This document shows positions 34,271 to 46,099 of a DNA stretch of 64,000 nucleotides, piece by piece. Position numbers and translations under genes: made by a program. The DNA is from Guillardia theta CCMP2712. Taxonomy: Eukaryota; Protista; Cryptophyta. Where the stretch lies: positions 146,535 to 210,534 of the forward strand of contig NW_005434623.1 of assembly GCF_000315625.1 (NCBI RefSeq). Direction: 5' to 3'. Numbering within the stretch: position 1 is the first letter of the stretch; every line of letters starts with the position of its first letter. Below the pieces are notes generated by a model. The model was not told the origin of the DNA, did not search any database, and saw nothing but the letters and a program-made list of their open reading frames with translations.

Positions 34271-37200
34271 TCAATATGTACTGCTGCTTAGTGCGCCTCC
34301 TCCTCCGCCGCTCCTCCTCCTCCTCCTCCTCATGGTTGTCTTCTTCAGGCTCCTCCCCATCTTGCCCGGGCTTCGACGCCTTGATTCACTCCTTGCCGAG
34401 GCTCCTCCCTCCGTCCTCCCTGCTCCTCCCCACCTCCTCCTCTGATTCGTCCGTCCTGTTTCCAACCTGTGACTTCATCCTTGTTCATCGTCTTGCCTGC
34501 CGGCGATCCACAGCTCTCCTCTCAACCTCTTGCATCTCTCAATGAACACTCCTTCAACAATCCTCCTTCACGCTCGTTTCTTCTCGTCTTCTCGTTGCGA
34601 TACCGACGGCCCTTTTGGTCCTCCAGGCCCGAACTCTTGCAGGAGGCTCTGCCTCCCTTGTCATCCTCCTCGTTCGAGACGTTTCCTCCTCCTCCTCCTC
34701 CTCCTCCTCTCCTCCTCCTCCTCCTCCTCACCTTGGGTATGGAAGGAAGACTGTACTCCCATTCGTCCTCGGCTTCCCCGTGGAGAGGGTCGACGTCCGG
34801 CCTGAGTTTTACCTATTGCAACAGAAGGGAGGAGGAGGCGGAGGAGGAGCAGGAAAAGGTGGAGGAGGACAAGGAAGAGGAGGAAGAAGAGCAAGAGGAG
34901 GAAGAGGAGCAAGAAGAGATTGCTTGACATCAGCAGAGCTAAGCAGAGCAGGCAAACACTACCTCCTCCCCTGTGTAGAAGTGCTGAACAAAGTTGTACT
35001 GAACGTCCTGCAAGGGTACAGCAATCATTCGCCTTGCGATGACAGTCAGGAAGGTCACTTCACCTCGACCGTCAGCATGTCGATCATCTTGCTGATCGCA
35101 AGCGCAAGCTCGAACTTGGACAACCTGTTCTCATTGATGTCCTTCATGACACTCGAGACCTGCGGCAAGCATCATGACTGGCAGACGCCCTGGGGAGCGA
35201 CAAACCTGGTTTAGCTTCATCCTCCACCCGACGAGGTAGTAGAGGAGGACAAGCAGAGACGTCACGAGCCCGCTGAGTGACGTCTCGGTTGCTTCTTCGA
35301 AGGAGGAGAGGAGGACGATCATGATGAGGGAGAAGATAAGGTTTGACAAGTTTGTCAGGATATAGTCGAAGTCTTTCACTGACGAGTTGCACGCCCTTGA
35401 GGCGATTTGCTGCCAGATCTTGCCGCATCTGCAAGGAAGGAGATTGGGGAGGGGAGGAGGAGGAGGGAGGAGGAGGAGGAGGAGGAGGAGGAGGAGGAGG
35501 AGGAGGAGGAGGAGGAGGAGGAGGAGGAGGGAGGAGGAGGAGGAGGAGGAGGAGGNNNNNNNNNNNNNNNNNNNNNNNNNNNNNNNNNNNNNNNNNNNNN
35601 NNNNNNNNNNNNNNNNNNNNNNNNNNNNNNNNNNNNNNNNNNNNNNNNNNNNNNNGAGATGGAGATTGACTCTATTGTAAGACCTCGGGTTTCGAACTGG
35701 CCGTTCTCACACATGACTTGCACATAGTTGAGGTAACGGAGCTGACTTGGGGTTAAGATCTGCTCATCTCCATGAAGAAGGCTGGATTTCCTAAGTCGTT
35801 TCCATGCGAACCACTCCATGGCATCGTTGACATTCGGAGAGAATTTGCAGTAAACCAGCCAGGCACAAACCATCACAGCTGTCCTCCCCTTTCCGTTCCT
35901 GCAGTGGACCGCAACCACGTGATTTGAGTCATCTTCGAGATACGATGCCGTGTGCTCCAGGAAGGAAACAATCTGCGAGAGGAGGGGAGGATTATGATTC
36001 ACTGTCGGAATCCTTTCCACTCTGTTTCCAAACAACCTGGCATCATAAGATCTTTCAGAGCAGACATTGAAGATGAGATGATTGGCAGGGTGCTTCAAGT
36101 AGAAGAACCTTTGAACCTCCTCAAGAGAATTTGCAAAGATTGCTTCAGTTCCAACTGCAGGAAGTGACATCGCGATGCATGTGGGAGGAGGAGGAGGAGG
36201 AGGAGGAGGAGGAGGAGGAGAGGAATGGGAAAGGGAGAAGGGGTAGATATGATTAGTGCAATGCCAGAGGATGATGAAAGAGAAATGTGGATGAGGTAAA
36301 ATGAAAGGAGTTGGGAGTTGGAGTGGAGGGAAGAAGTAACGAAGATCAGAAGGCAGCAAGGAGAAAAGGCGACAATGAAAAATTGGCACGATGAGAAGGA
36401 GGAAAGAAGGGAGAGGAAGACACAGAGGAGAGAATGAGGAAGAGGCAAAAGAAAGAGCACGGGAATGGAAGAGAAAGACAAAGAAGCGATTGAAGGGTTT
36501 CCGGAAGAGGAGAGGAGGAGGGGGAGGAGGAGGAGGAGCGGCAGCGACATAAGGAGGAGGATGAGGAGGAGGAGGAGGAGGAGAGGAGGAGAAGGAGGAG
36601 GAGGAGGAGAGGAGGAGGAGGAGAGGGAGAGGAGGAGGAGGAGGAGGAGGAGGAGGAGGAGAAAATGAAGACCTCCAAAGGTTTGACAGGGCCACAACGA
36701 GGTGGAAGATCAGAGTAACTTGCTCCTCCATGAGGGGGAAGATGGTGCTGTTAAAGAAAACCTCCGCAGCCTTGATGTGCCTCCTGGAGTTGCGGGCAAG
36801 GACAAAGTGGTAGAGCACGAGGAGAGGAGAGAGGAGGGCGAGGATGATGCCGAGGAGGAGGAGGACAAGGAGGAAAACGAGGGGTACAGAGAGGAAGAAA
36901 GCTTCTTTGAGGAGGAGAACGGCCCAGAGCACGGACTTGATCTGAACAACTCCGAGCAGGGGGATGGAGACGTTCCTGGTCGGGTCGGAGGGGAGGGCGT
37001 ACACATGGGAGACGTGTCCTCTGAGTACGTCGAGGTAGAGGACGAGGGAGGCAACGAGGGAGATGAAGGAGATGATGTTGAAGTCTTCCTCGGGAGGGCT
37101 CAGGAGGGTTTTCCTGGTCCCGCTCCTGATCGCTCCTCCTCTTGACCCGGGCAGGAATTCGTTGATCTTGCCGTCGCTGAACATTGCGCTCCTCCTCCGC

Positions 37201-37450
37201 AGCCTCTCCTACCCAGAGACAGTTACTGTTCCTGCTCCAGCTACTTGCCATCCTTTCTGCTTCCCCCCCCCCCCCAACCCCATCATCCCCATCCTCCCGC
37301 TCCTTCCCCTGCTCCTGCTCCACCACCATTTCATCCTGGTCCTCTTGCTCCTCCCCTTCCGCGCCGTCACCATCTCCACTCCCACTCCCACTCCCACTCC
37401 CACTCCCACTCTCACTCCCATTCCCACTCCCATTCCCACTCCCATTCCCA

Positions 37451-37515
<65 letters not shown>

Positions 37516-37685
37516 CTCCTCACCTTGAAGCGACACGCACTCTTGTGGTTTTCGCGCAGCTTCACCAGCCTCTCCCATGTCGCCTGCCGCTGCATCTTCT
37601 TGGCATCCACTGCTGCTGCCTTCTCCCCCTCCACCTTCCCCGTGCTCGAAGGGTCAAGGGGATCTTGTTGGTTGATGTCCTCCAA
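34271..37685 (-). CDS. hypothetical multi-pass membrane protein, multi-exon
   Basis: MEDINQQDPLDP.. start and several hydrophobic helices. Exon ending LSNLW-R splices in phase (intron 36672-35429) to CGKIWQQIASR..LLVLLYYLVGWRMKLNQ, then VSSVMKDINENRLSKFEL.., and a charged C-terminus. Confidence 0.55.
35656..36183 (-). CDS. PTEN/tensin-type phosphatase domain fragment lying within an intron next to an N gap
   Basis: CIAMSLPA..NSLEEVQRFF..HLIFNVCSERSYD..NHNPP..VVAVHCRNGKGRTAVMVCAWL..TPSQLRYLNY. Bounded by a (GGA)n run and the gap. Confidence 0.75.
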
Positions 37686-37987
37686 CCCCGCGATGAAGTC
37701 TCGGTAGGCAGCAGCAGCTGCAGAGCCACGAGGAGCAGCAGTGCGAGGGAGGAGGGAGCCGTCTTGGAAGTAGAACTTGGCACTGCAGGTACGGTGAGGA
37801 GGGTGGAGGAGGAGAGGGGGAGAGGAGGAGAGAAGAAGATTGATACGATGAGAAAAGGTAGAGAACTACTTGTATTTCAAGTGAAGGGCCGGCTGAAAGA
37901 CTGTTCGAGCATCAATATCAGCGTAGAATGTCCTGCAGGATGTGAGAGAACGAAAGAGGAATGAACATGTCAAGACTTGACCTCTTC

Positions 37988-38807
37988 TTATTCTGCAATC
38001 TCTGCCTTTCGATGGACTTTTTGTTTGACTCTTTCCTCAAGTTGACCTGGTTCCTCAAGATCGACACGACTGGATGCAAATGGCGGGAAAGTCAGAGGGG
38101 AGGAGAGAACTAGATTTCTCTCACATCGATCGGATAGCTTGTCGCCAGCATGACTTGATTTCTCGCCCAAAGCTCCTGCTGTCTCCGTCTGACGGGTCGT
38201 GATGGGATGAGAGGAGAGGATCTTGTTGTCTTGTTGCATCGACGCCTTCATCTCCTCCTGATCTGCATCACCACACACTACACATGCTCGCCATCTTACC
38301 TTCCCTTCGGTCTTTTGGCTGGTCGAGACCGGAGCCTTCCTCCTCCGCAAGAACAGGTAGACAGCAGCAACAACTACAGCAAACGCTCTGTTCACGTTGA
38401 TGCAAGGAGTGTGAGAGTTCTTTACCAATGATTGAGCAGCACGAGATCAAAACCCACAGCACGTGCTTCCATCGCAGCCCTCGTGGCTGCCGCGCAGTCC
38501 GATCGTCGTCGGACGCCCCTGAAGAAGATGCTCTACGACGATTCCTCGAATCCATATGCTCTTCCTCAAAGTAGTCCTCCTCCTCCTCCTCCTCCGGGAA
38601 GTAGGAGGAGGAGGAGGAGGAGAAGTAGGAGGAGGGTCGTCTCTGTCTGTCGCGATGTTGCTGACGGTCATAGTCTGGTCGTCTGTATCGGCCATGATGA
38701 TAAGAATGTCGCGCATGCCTCTCACGCCCATCAGACGTGCTGTGCTCGTCCATCTTGGGCGACCTCCCCCCCATGTGCATCACAGCGTTCAGGGCAGCAA
38801 GGGCCAC
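37988..38807 (-). CDS. hypothetical single-pass membrane protein; ends approximate
   Basis: ORFs 38268-38807 and 37988-38428 join around a hydrophobic segment (VLWVLISCCSIIG-AFAVVVAAVYLFLRRRK). Confidence 0.45.
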
Positions 38808-38949
38808 GATCAGGATGATCTGCAGAACAAGTCAAGTCTGTGAATGTTAGGAGCATGCCTTACAATAGCGTAAATCACTTTCTCGTGCCCTCCTTTACCT
38901 CTCTCCTGCCGGACAAAGCAACGTCAACACACTGCAGCAACAGCTTCAA

Positions 38950-39940
38950 TTCAACCTTGGCCAATCTGACGTTTTTATTCTTGTTTGTCTCTGACATGCT
39001 CTGCGTGGTAGGAACGGGCTGTGAGCTGTGACGGTTTGACGGCATTTGCTCTATCCTCGCATTCGATTCAAGTGAATATCCCACCAATCCTGCATTCACA
39101 ACATCACATGGTGAAAGTGACAACTCGTCAGGTCAAGTACCACTTCTCCTCCTCATCCCGCCATCAACAACATCTTTCGCTATCTCCCCATGTCTTCTCT
39201 TGATGTCCGAGCATCTCTCATACAAATCTCTCTCCTGCACGTCACTCGTGTGCGCGACTGGCCCGTCGTGCGGGTATGTTGAGTAGAGGGACATGTCGGG
39301 TAGATCGGTGCTCGGCATGAAGAATCCATGGCTGTCGTTGCTAGCATGCTGAGGGAGAGCATACTGATGTATCATTCCAGCATCATGTACATGTGTGAAG
39401 TAAGGATGTTGTACAAGCACATGATTCACTGGCATCATCATCCCTTGTGCATCGTTGTGCCAGATAGCATGAGGTGGCTGTGGGGCTGCCGTGAATTGAT
39501 GCATGCTATGGGAGCATGTCAGAGGCGCGTCGAGCAGAGCATGAGCCACCTGAGGTCCTGATATCCTGCCAGCTGATCGACTTGGTAGTACTCGAGCTGG
39601 TCATACCTCGACTCCCTCAAGCCATCCATCATCGCTGTTTCAAGGGTCAGCTTGGCGTGAGACCGGTCACTCTGTCAAGAGTTCGACGTGATGCATCAGT
39701 GATGCTCTTGTATGTCTGTGCTGCACAATCCATGCTCTCTTCTGAATCAGCTCGTTTTCTCTTGCTAGCAGATTGGTCCAATGCCCTTGTGAATTTTTCG
39801 AGCTCTGTGACCTTTCTATGTTGCTTCTTTTGAGTTTTCTACACAAGGGACGGAGCACAAACCGCAGCTATCATTGTTCTTGTCAAGGCTGCTAAAACAA
39901 CAACATTTCATCGCCAAAAGCATTATTCCTCCACCTCGTC
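38950..39940 (-). CDS. hypothetical His/Gln-rich protein; ends approximate
   Basis: Coding-like exons with GT..AG introns (KRKRADSEESMDC.., MHQFTAAPQPPHAIWH..). Confidence 0.35.
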
Positions 39941-40329
39941 ATCGTCGCGGCAACAGAACACATCGTCACAAACCAACCAACTAGGAAGTTAAGAATAGGA
40001 AAGCCTCAAGTCTGATCTGTGGACGCCTTCTATCTCTACAGCATAAGTTTGTGTCCTCTCGATGATCTAGCTATCGTCATACTATCCTACGAATCTTCTC
40101 TCCCTGCCTCATTCTTCTCATCCCCCCGTCCTCCTCGACATTCCCTTGTCGCTTCCGACGGCACCATGCAGCACCCACCGATGATTATCCACTCCCCTAC
40201 CCCTTGTAAACTTCACACCACCCCTACCTTAGTCAATCAATCACCTAATTTGTACCCCTGGTGGCAATAACCCCAACCCCCATTTCTTCCCGAAATCAGT
40301 CATACACCACTGACTACCCGGGAACATTT

Positions 40330-40960
40330 CATGTCGGGCCCGCCTCAGTGCCGCGCAATGGCCGGGCCGCCGTGTGCCATGGTGACTCTGAGTCACAGAG
40401 TCAGGTTGTCACTAAACCTCGCCGGACGGACTCAGTCACCGGCGTACTCTAGCACCGTCGGCCTGACTCGGATGTTCGACGGTCCCGGGGATTCAAGTTT
40501 GGATTTCGGAACTTGAAACCCGGTTTGCCCGGTGCCGCGGCCCGGCGCGGGCCCGGCCCCCGGCGGCCGGGCGGCGCCGCGCTGTTAACCCGGTGACGGA
40601 CCGTTAGGCAGTAAAGGACGGCGGCCGGGCCCCGGGGGTCCCGTCGGGCCCGGCGGCCCGAGTCCAGACGGTCCTGACAGTTGAAGTTCTCGGACTTTCA
40701 GTTCAGTTTTACTGGCCGCTGTCAGTGTCACAGTGTGACGGGTACTACCGTAGTCGTGCGGTGCAGCCTGGCCGCGTGCCGGCGGAGCCTCAGGCTGGCA
40801 CGTGACTCGGAGGCCAGGAAAGCTCTAGATTCGACCATGGCGGCATCATCATAGTGGACTCACAGTTCCAAATTCGCAGGCCTAGCCTGGGAGTTCCGAA
40901 CTTGAAGTTGAACGGTGGCAGTTTGAAAGTTTGATTGAATGGCACTGCCAGTGTCTGCTT
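40330..40960. other. GC-rich palindromic-word intergenic island
   Basis: GGCCCGG, GTGACTCTGAGTCAC and TTCAAGTT/AACTTGAA words. Confidence 0.7.
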
Positions 40961-40973
40961 GCCACGTTCGGAT

Positions 40974-42761
40974 CTACGCGTGCGACTGTTCGCTGCCCCA
41001 GCCTGGAGGAGGTTGACCCAAACCTGCCCCCCACCCGCTCTGACCAGGCTGCAGACTCTGATGTGAGATAGAAGATTGAGTCAAGGTTCATACCCCACCT
41101 TGATCTCGTTGATCTGCAGGTTTTGAGATTTCTTGCTCTGCAAATGGATTGTCTGAGCAACGCACGGCACTGCAGCTCGAAGCTTGTACCTGCATCACAG
41201 CCATGATGTACTTGAGGTATGGCTCCGAGAAACGGTCTGTGGCGTCTTCCAGCTGTACAGGCTCACGACCATTCGAGAACAAGGTTCTCATAAGACTCAC
41301 CATGCGTGAGAACAAAACTCCATTGTAGTTGGCATCGAGAAGAGACTTCGCCTGCTCTATTTCTGCACCTCCCTTCAAAAGAATCAGTGCAAGCAGTGTA
41401 GCGTTCAAAAGCATACTTGTCTTCCTTGCACGGTCGCGATGACAGCGCAATCATCGGGTAGATCATTCTGCAGAGATTTTGCAGCCGACACAAGAAAACT
41501 AGCCAGCAGGAAGTCAGTCCGCCTTCGCTGTCCCCGAAGTCCATCCTCTACCTAGAGATGGCCGAGGAGCTGAAGCGAACGCACAGACACTTGGCACCCG
41601 CAGACACTGCCCAGTTGATCTGGGGGTTCAAGTCAGCCATCTCCTTCTCCGCACGTGAGGACACGCACCTCGTTGGCATCACCGACCTCTACCAAAGGCT
41701 CCATCCCCAGGACATGGCAAGCGTTTACCTGCTTCAGGCTTCAGCGCGTCTGCTTTCTTCTGTGCTGCTGCTCGTTACCATCACGGCCGTCTTCTCTTCA
41801 CCAAGAGAGGAAGCAGCAAAAGAAACTCCATCAGCACCAGCAGCTTTCGCCTGGCAGCAAAAAACATCATGCCATCAGAAAACATTCTATTTCTGCAACA
41901 TCAATCTCTCCTCCTTCCCCCCTCCAACTCCTTCTCGCTCTTCCTGCTCCATCTCATGTTCTTGACCCTGCCCCTGCCCCTGCTCTCCGTCTCCCTGTTT
42001 TCATTCCGTTTCAATCATTTTGTATTACCTTTGCGATATCCTCTATCGTTTCAATCGCACCTCTCCACACTAGAGGCACAGGGCCGGGAAACTTGCCCTT
42101 GGCCTGCCCAACACTTGAGACAACCAACAAGGACTACTCGCCTCTTTCACATACAGTTTGTTGTTCCTTTACGAACCCTTCAAAGTCTTGATCGCCATTT
42201 GCAACAGCAGTATCCACCACGAGCAGCGCGACCTTGCTTGGGTGTCAAGACATATTCCTCCAGAGCTGGTTGGTCCCACACACCTTGGACCTCCGAATCT
42301 CGAAGGATAGCGATTTAGTATCATGTACAGGAATCTGCAGCGCTTGAATCATTCCATAATAGAGTGTTACAATGTTATCTCACCTTCTCCGGTCTCAAGA
42401 ATTCTACAGATATTGATGGCGAACCGGATGTTTTCTTCAATGACTTGAAGATCTGCAAGATGTTTCACAACCTTCCTGTCAATCAATCTCAAAGTGTCAG
42501 ACCTTGGTGGGAGCTTTCGTCTTTGCACTTGCACTCTCCACCTTCTTCACGAGGTCGCTGATGCTCTGAGCATACAGCGAAAGTGGATTTCTCTTCGACA
42601 CCGTCGTTGCCAATGGGGCACATCGAAGCATAGAAGGCTTGGTCTCAACGTCAGGTAGAATATCACTATGAAAATTTTCTGACCTTGAAAGATACATGAA
42701 AACTCTCAACCTGTAGAACAAGCAGCACAAAACCGAAAACTGAGGATCTCGCCCATGCCAT
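40974..42761 (-). CDS. plastid-targeted indole-3-glycerol phosphate synthase (TrpC)-like TIM-barrel protein, multi-exon
   Basis: MAWARSSVFGFVLLVLQVES-F bipartite leader. Exons IFKSLKKTSGSPSISVEFLRPEK, AKGKFPGPVPLVWR, AKAAGADGVSF, VNACHVLGMEPLVEVGDANE-INWAVSAGAKCLCV; last exon SLQPGQSGWGAG..HA*. Confidence 0.7.
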
Positions 42762-42950
42762 GTTTATAGGCTTCTTGGGGCACACGCCAGTTCCCTGCAG
42801 TCAATCGAGGTAGTTCAGCACAGAGATTGCGTCATCTCAACCTCATCATTGTCTTCTATTCCATGAAAATATAAGTGACTGATCGCATTCCATCCCATCC
42901 CCTCCCCTCCACGTCTCCCACATTCCTTCCTATCCCATCCCATCCAATCT

Positions 42951-43215
42951 CCTCGCCTCGCCTCGCCTCGCCTCGCCTCGCCCCTCATCTCATCTCATCT
43001 CATCTCATCTCGTCTCGTCTCGTCTCGTCTCGTCTCGTCTCGTCTCGTCTCGTCTCATCTCATCTCATCTCATCTCATCTCATCTCATCTCATCTCATCT
43101 CATCTCATCTCATCTCATCTCATCTCATCTCATCTCATCTCATCTCATCTCATCTCATCTCATCTCATCTCATCTCATCTCATCTCATCTCATCTCATCT
43201 CATCTCATCTCATCT
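42951..43215 (+). repeat. compound pentamer microsatellite (CCTCG)n(CATCT)n(CGTCT)n(CATCT)n
   Basis: Read directly from the sequence. Confidence 0.95.
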
Positions 43216-43685
43216 ACTCTCATTTCGTCTCATCGTCCCTCTCGTACATGCCATACGCGGAATGCCGGCCTCTAAAAAAAGTTGAGTAATAAAATAAGGC
43301 AGTCCCCCACCGGGCCGGCCCTGGCCGGCCGCCGGGCCGGGCGCGTCCGGAGTCCCCGCCGCGACTCAGTTCACCACGGCCCGGAAGCTTGAGTCCCTAC
43401 GGTCTTGCGGCAGGGGTGCGGTGACTCGGACGACCGGACCGGCGGCCCGGTGGCCGAGGCCGCGCCCACGGCCGCAGCCTGGGCAGCCCGCGCCGCGGCC
43501 GACTCTGTGACGGTGATCTCAGGCGGCCGGGCGAGACCGTACTCGGTATGTCACGGATCGGATTTGAGGCTTTGAAGGCTTCCCTCCACACTGTCATATG
43601 CGGCAGGACTACTCCGTGACTTCCGAGCCTCCCGGCCCTCGTACTCAGACCGGACAGTGCCGGTGTTTCAAGACGTTTTCAACAG

Positions 43686-43995
43686 TTAACTGAACTTTGA
43701 GTAAAGACTCATATTACTTCAAGTGATTTCTTTACTCAAAGTTAAGTTAAAAATCAGTACGAGGACAATCAGGAGAGTCGAGGAGGCTTGACCCTGACAC
43801 TGTCGCACAGGCCAAACGGCGAGAAGAGAAAGACAGCGAGAACCAAACCCAATCCTGCCGACTGCTGTCCCCCAAAGTTAACTGATACCTTCAAGTGATA
43901 GTAAACTTGGCGGACGGCATATCCCAGAGGGAGGCATGAAAAGTCTTAAGCCCAACAAGTATTTTAGCAGGATCTTTAACTTAACTTTGAGTAAA
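43686..43995. repeat. cluster of three AT-rich dyad units in alternating orientation (43686-43707 -, 43727-43768 +, 43971-43995 -)
   Basis: TTAACTGAACTTTGAGTAAAGA; TTTCTTTACTCAAAGTTAAGTTAAAAATCAGTACGAGGACAA; GATCTTTAACTTAACTTTGAGTAAA. Confidence 0.85.
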
Positions 43996-44214
43996 CGATG
44001 GATACCCTCGCAAGAAAGACTCCAAAAGACTACCTTTCATGAATAACGAGGAATAATAGCATGGGAAATGCCAGGTGCGTTGTGATATTCCTCAACCTCG
44101 TTCGCACACATTGAGCCAGCACCTCCCTCACCTCCTTGCTCTCGGAAGACCATCCTTACCTACACTGCACGCTCCCTCGCACTACTCTCATCCCTCCCCC
44201 CTGACACGGTTGTC

Positions 44215-44687
44215 ATGCCGCATCTTGCCCGATCTAGCTCTAGTCGCACTCCCCCGCCTGCCGGCTCCATCCGCGTGTTCCCTCGCCGTCGTCACAGTGC
44301 CCAGCGGGCGATGACTGCGGTGGAGGTGACTCGTGGGGAGCTAGAGAGCCTGTTTCATCTCAAGCAGGAGGACGCTGCTGCCATGCTGGTAAGTCCCTGT
44401 CGACACCACAGACGTCATGACCGGGTTCCTTGCAGGGTCTGTCGCTGACAGCCTTCAGGGGCGTGTGCCGACGTCTGGGCATCATGCGATGGCCCTACAA
44501 CAGGGACCATAGGGACCAAGAAGCCCCTCAAGCAGCAGAGGAGGTATCAGTTGCTGGTGCGGGGAGAGAGGAGTCGCAGGCAGGCGAATGCGAAGGACTA
44601 TCACGAGGGTTCATCGAGTGGTTCGTGTCACTGCCGGACGAGATGGAGGAAGACTGTCCCTACACCCTCGCCTTTGACGGGAGGTAA
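44215..44687 (+). CDS. RWP-RK domain transcription factor
   Basis: IRVFPRRR..VEVTRGELESLFHLKQEDAAAML-(intron 44389-44435)-GLSLTAFRGVCRRLGIMRWPY. Confidence 0.9.
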
Positions 44688-45109
44688 TGCTGCAAGCTCG
44701 GCTAAGGCCGTGGGATACTGGGTGACTGTAGATAATCTTTGGTTTAAGTGTACTTGAGGGAGAACCAATGTTGTGTAGAATATCCAATGAAAGCATCAAA
44801 GTTGATGCTCAAGTTCTTACAAAACTTGACTCGGTACTGCGAGAACTTCTCAAATTTTGTTTCAATTACGAGTTTCATCGAGGCTTTTCAGGGATTGAAC
44901 GAGAAAAGAGTACTGCAGGTAGCGTTGAACGTATGAACATCTGTGCTTTCTAGAGTTGTATGGTCGCATTCGAGCTTCTGTTCAAGAGTCCTGTTTTCAA
45001 TCTCTTGGTCACGCACTCCAGCGATGCAGCCTGGCAACGGCACGCAGCGGTGCGGCGCCATTGCTGCATTCTTGATGACGGTTCACACTGTCAGCCTCTG
45101 TACAATTGA

Positions 45110-45670
45110 ATTCCGTGACGCGTACCGTAGTACTGCCGCAGTGCGGCACTGTCAGTGCAGTACGGTCAAGGTAAGCCAACACCGTACTGTTATCCGATGA
45201 GTCGCTGCACTGCAGTCACGGTCCTGCCACCGGCGGGCCGTGATCATCGCCGTCGGATGCGCGGCCCGGGCCGCGGCCCAAAGCCTGCCAGTTTGAACGG
45301 CCGCCTACCGTACCCGCGGGGCGGCGGGGTGTTCCCCCCGGCTTCGTCGGATCAAACTACTGTGATCATACCGTACTAGTAGGCCTAAGACCGCTTAGGC
45401 TCGGGCCCCCGGGCCGGGCCCGGGCCCGGGGCCCAACCGTTCACTGAACGGTTGCCGCTGCCGTTCCGAGACCCGGTCAGGTCAGGCCGGCTGCCCGCGG
45501 GCCGTCACCGGCGGCGGCGCCCCCCGGTCACCGGGTGCCACCGGGTGCCCCGCCGGGCCCGGCGGCCCAGTGGTGCCAGGGGGGGCCGGGATGACTCAGC
45601 CTGGCAGTGATCCGGGCCGGGCCGGCGCGGAGCCGGTGAGCCGCAAGTTCCGAGTTCCGATTCGCCCAAG
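45110..45670. other. GC-rich palindromic-word intergenic island
   Basis: GGCCCGGGCC runs, GTACTAGTAG, CCGTTCACTGAACGG. Confidence 0.7.
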
Positions 45671-46099
45671 ATTTTATCATGTGGTGTTCGAAAATTTCGA
45701 TACAGAATTTCAAATGTGGGAGAAGCTCCGGAACACTTCGGCCTACCCAGAACTCTCAAATTTCTGCCGATTCAAGTCACCAAAGCAATTTTTGAAATAT
45801 AGAAGCGAATTTCATAGGATCAACCAACATTTGAAGTCTTACCTCCAAATATTTTCTACCCTACCCCTTCCTTCCAACACCGATTTATGTCAGTGTACAC
45901 AGAGGTGGGTTATGTACCCCACCATGGTGGCATCATGGAGGCCTGACCCTTACCACCTTTCCATAGCCTTTTCTTACTGCAGACTACCCGTACTTTCACC
46001 TCTATTTCAGTTTCGTACCCTACCCTCCAGAAATAATGTTCATTCAATTTGAGACCACCCCCACGTCTTCACCACCTCCCTGCAGTCCTATCCCACACC

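Noticed and set aside
35376-37184. 602-aa TM+PTEN (voltage-sensing phosphatase/TPTE-like) fusion ORF
   Set aside because: The ORF reads through a stop-poor CT-rich intron and an N gap. The TM part has no S4-like Arg repeat, and the host exons splice cleanly around the PTEN fragment.
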